A DNA stretch of 63,956 bases, counting the filler, from Vicugna vicugna (Eukaryota), in the NCBI GenBank assembly GCA_013265495.1. It is 80 parts of 79 records of this genome, joined end to end, with 100 filler letters (N's around TTAATTAATTAA, not from the genome) between each part and the next. Parts side by side here need not be neighbours in the genome. Positions count along the whole stretch, not along the records: positions 61,426 to 62,137 come from PNXW01005350.1; positions 62,238 to 63,219 come from PNXW01005356.1; positions 63,320 to 63,787 come from PNXW01005364.1; positions 63,888 to 63,956 come from MU058652.1; 76 more parts are not named here. One strand, given 5' to 3'. The number at the start of each line of letters is the position of its first letter. Position 1 is the stretch's first letter. Made by a program: the position numbers and the translations under genes. Below the pieces are notes generated by a model. The model was given only the letters and a program-made list of their open reading frames with translations, had not been told where the DNA came from and made no database searches. Positions 61,326 through 63,956 of this stretch are shown one piece after another.

Positions 61326-61432
61326 NNNNNNNNNNNNNNNNNNNNNNNNNNNNNNNNNNNNNNNNNNNNTTAATTAATTAANNNNNNNNNNNNNNNNNNN
61401 NNNNNNNNNNNNNNNNNNNNNNNNNTTGAAGT

Positions 61433-62137
61433 ATGAGGCTGGTGACTGGAGTAGCTGTGCTTCTGACCTGTGGTAAGTGCTCTGTGTCCACAAGGGGTGA
61501 CTCTGAGGACAAGGGGCCATGAAGGCTTATTCGCTCTGCACGCCTCTCCCTGTGCTCTGTTCAGCCTGCTGGGGATGGGCCTGAGGACTGATCTCTGGGT
61601 TTACTGGGGAGCACGAACTTCTACATGAGTGATTAAATCAGCCATGACCCCAGAAGTGCTCCTCGCAGTTCCCAGGTTGTAAGAAATCTATGGGCTTATT
61701 GAACAAAGGATCGATGGATTAGAGCCTCTGGAATCTCTGATTTTGCTGTGTATGTTTGGTTATTATAAGGAGCAGCAATGATATTTTTGCAGGACACAAA
61801 TTAAAACACTGGAGTTGTGGACAGGCTCAGAGAATGTGGGAATGTTGTGTTCTTGATCCACAGAATTACACTGATGTGTGCTCAGGAGCTAATTTTATTT
61901 TCTTGACCCCTTAGGGACTGTGATTGAGGCTGAGATTGACCAGCCCAAATCCAGGGATGTTGCTGAAGGAGAAGACGTAACCCATCTTGCAACCACCCTA
62001 CCATCGGTGGAAGTGACTATATACACTGGTATCGGCAAAAGCCCAGTCAGAGTCCACAGTACATCATTCATGGCTTTCGAGACACTGTGAGCAACCACAT
62101 GGCCTCTCTGACCATAGCGACAGACAGAAAGTCCAGC
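61433..62137 (+). pseudogene. TRAV26: T-cell receptor alpha variable segment, TRAV26 subgroup; 1-nt frameshift before the first Cys; cut off by the scaffold end
   Basis: Leader exon 61433-61472 MRLVTGVAVLLTC(G), donor GTAAGT; acceptor ttag| at 61914; V exon TVIEAEIDQPKSRDVAEGEDVT-[frameshift ~61983]-SCNHPTIGGSDYIHWYRQKPSQSPQYIIHGFRDTVSNHMASLTIATDRKSS. Confidence 0.9.
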
Positions 62138-62237
62138 NNNNNNNNNNNNNNNNNNNNNNNNNNNNNNNNNNNNNNNNNNNNTTAATTAATTAANNNNNNN
62201 NNNNNNNNNNNNNNNNNNNNNNNNNNNNNNNNNNNNN

Positions 62238-63219
62238 ATCAGCGTGTACCTCTCCATGGGAAGTGGAGATGTTTAACCTAAACCCACAACCTTGAAATTA
62301 CTGTGCTCCCTGAAAAATGCGTGTGCTTTGTTTCCCCACCTCCAGCACACACACGAAGTTTTCTGGTATCCTTAGTGTGGGAAGGCTCCTACAACTGACA
62401 GTAGTATCTGGGATCTAATTGGATCCATTAGGTTGACTTCCCTGAGTACTTTCCTTGGCCGGGACTTTTGCGAATTTGGGGTATATTCTCTAAAACAAAG
62501 TATTAACGAGTTCCTATATTTTGGCAGTGGAGGTGGTTAAAGTATATCGCCAACCTGGAAACACCTGTGACCCCATAAAATGCGTGGACACTGATTCCCT
62601 CATCCGGCACACACATGACATCGGCTTCAGATGTCTTGAGTGTGGGGAGGTTCCTCCAACTAACAGCAGTGCCTGGGTTCTAATACAATACCTTAACTTG
62701 TCTTCCATGATGGATTGCCATGGCCGGTGTGCGGGGGAAAGTTGGGATTGGGCTCCAAACCAAGTATTTGTGAGTGCATATCCATGGGATGTGGGTGTTT
62801 AACCTACAACCCACAACCATGGAATAACTGTGCCCCCGGAAAGATGCTTTGATTCTGTTTCCCTCCATCCAGCACACACACGAAGAAGTGTTCTGGTGTT
62901 CTGAGTGTGGGGAAGTTCCTCCAGCTGACAGCAGCGCCTGGGTTCTAACTGAATCCATTTGCTTTTCTACCATGATGGTATGCCTATGCGGGAGTGCGGG
63001 GGAAACTGTGGTTTGGGCTCCAAAACCCAGTATTTGTGAGTACCTCTCTATTGTTAGTGGAGGTGTTTAAATTACATCCCTTACCTGGGAACACCTGTGC
63101 CCCCATAAATTTCCATGGAGTCATTTTCCAGACCTCCGTCACACACACGAACACTTGCACAGTTACGGGCAGCATCCTCCAACTGACAGCAGGGACTGGG
63201 TCCTAATATAATCGCTAAA
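62238..63219. repeat. Satellite family B
   Basis: Anchor at 62372, 62637 and 62902 (265-bp period). Confidence 0.93.
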
Positions 63220-63319
63220 NNNNNNNNNNNNNNNNNNNNNNNNNNNNNNNNNNNNNNNNNNNNTTAATTAATTAANNNNNNNNNNNNNNNNNNNNNNNNN
63301 NNNNNNNNNNNNNNNNNNN

Positions 63320-63787
63320 TGGGTTCTGCATTCCATGTTCTATAATCCATATTCGGTATTCTGTCTTCTATATACTAAATTCTGAATTCTGCTTTCCATG
63401 TTCTAAATTCTGGGTTCTATATTTTCTATTCTATATTCTCTATTCTGGGTTCTACATTCTATATTCTAAATTCTATATTCAGTATTCTGTTTTCTATATA
63501 CTATGTTCTGAGTTAATCATTCTCTATTCGAAATTCTATATTCAGTATTCTGTTTTCTATTATTCTAAATTCTGTGTTCTGCATTCCATGTTCTCAATTC
63601 TGGGTTATGTATTCTGACATATTCTATATTCTGTGTTCTATATTCTATATTCTGTATTCAATATTCTGCTTTCCATATACTATATTCCATATTCTGCTTC
63701 TACATTGTATATTCTACATTCTATATTCTGCATTCTGTATTTTATATTCTAAATTCTTTGTTCTACATTGTATATTCATATTCTATA
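63320..63787. repeat. Satellite family E
   Basis: 7-bp periodicity. Confidence 0.95.
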
Positions 63788-63887
63788 NNNNNNNNNNNNN
63801 NNNNNNNNNNNNNNNNNNNNNNNNNNNNNNNTTAATTAATTAANNNNNNNNNNNNNNNNNNNNNNNNNNNNNNNNNNNNNNNNNNNN

Positions 63888-63956
63888 ATATGTTTGTCTA
63901 ATTCGTCATGTATGTATCATGTACGGAACCCGGAATGCCATGTTGATCGAATTTAT
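63888..63956. repeat. Satellite family C (reverse orientation, partial)
   Basis: catgtacggaacccggaatgccatgttg is the reverse complement of a C segment. Confidence 0.85.

Noticed and set aside
1645..63843. Regularly recurring TTAATTAATTAA resembling a CRISPR or other interspersed repeat system
   Set aside because: It is always centred in ~44+44 Ns between unrelated fragments and is a designed six-frame stop linker. There are no cas genes and the host is mammalian.

Overview
This window is not contiguous chromosome. It is about 80 short unplaced mammalian scaffolds (roughly 0.15-1.7 kb, many with internal N gaps) joined by an artificial 100-nt spacer, N44-TTAATTAATTAA-N44, which has stops in all six frames. 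The repeat content (a Vic-1-like SINE tail, artiodactyl-type L1 3' ends, a 267-bp satellite) points to a camelid, probably alpaca or llama; that is an inference. 44 of the ~80 pieces are satellite DNA of five families, named here by me: A, a homogeneous CpG-rich 267-268 bp repeat; B, a diverged ~265-bp relative of A with recurring monomer order; C, an AT-rich ~247-bp repeat with a 741-bp trimer; D, a ~248-bp repeat that aligns colinearly with C; and E, a TTCNNNN heptamer satellite. Recognisable genes are a trichohyalin (TCHH) repeat fragment and two T-cell receptor alpha V segments (TRAV8-like and TRAV26-like) that both read as frameshifted. There are also LINE-1 and MIR fragments, two pairs of paralogous decayed-L1 segments, several unidentified candidate exons, a CTCF motif and a CpG-rich 9-bp repeat that may be coding. 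I found no CRISPR array or prokaryote-like system. Most long ORFs in the track are artefacts of N runs or satellite periodicity.
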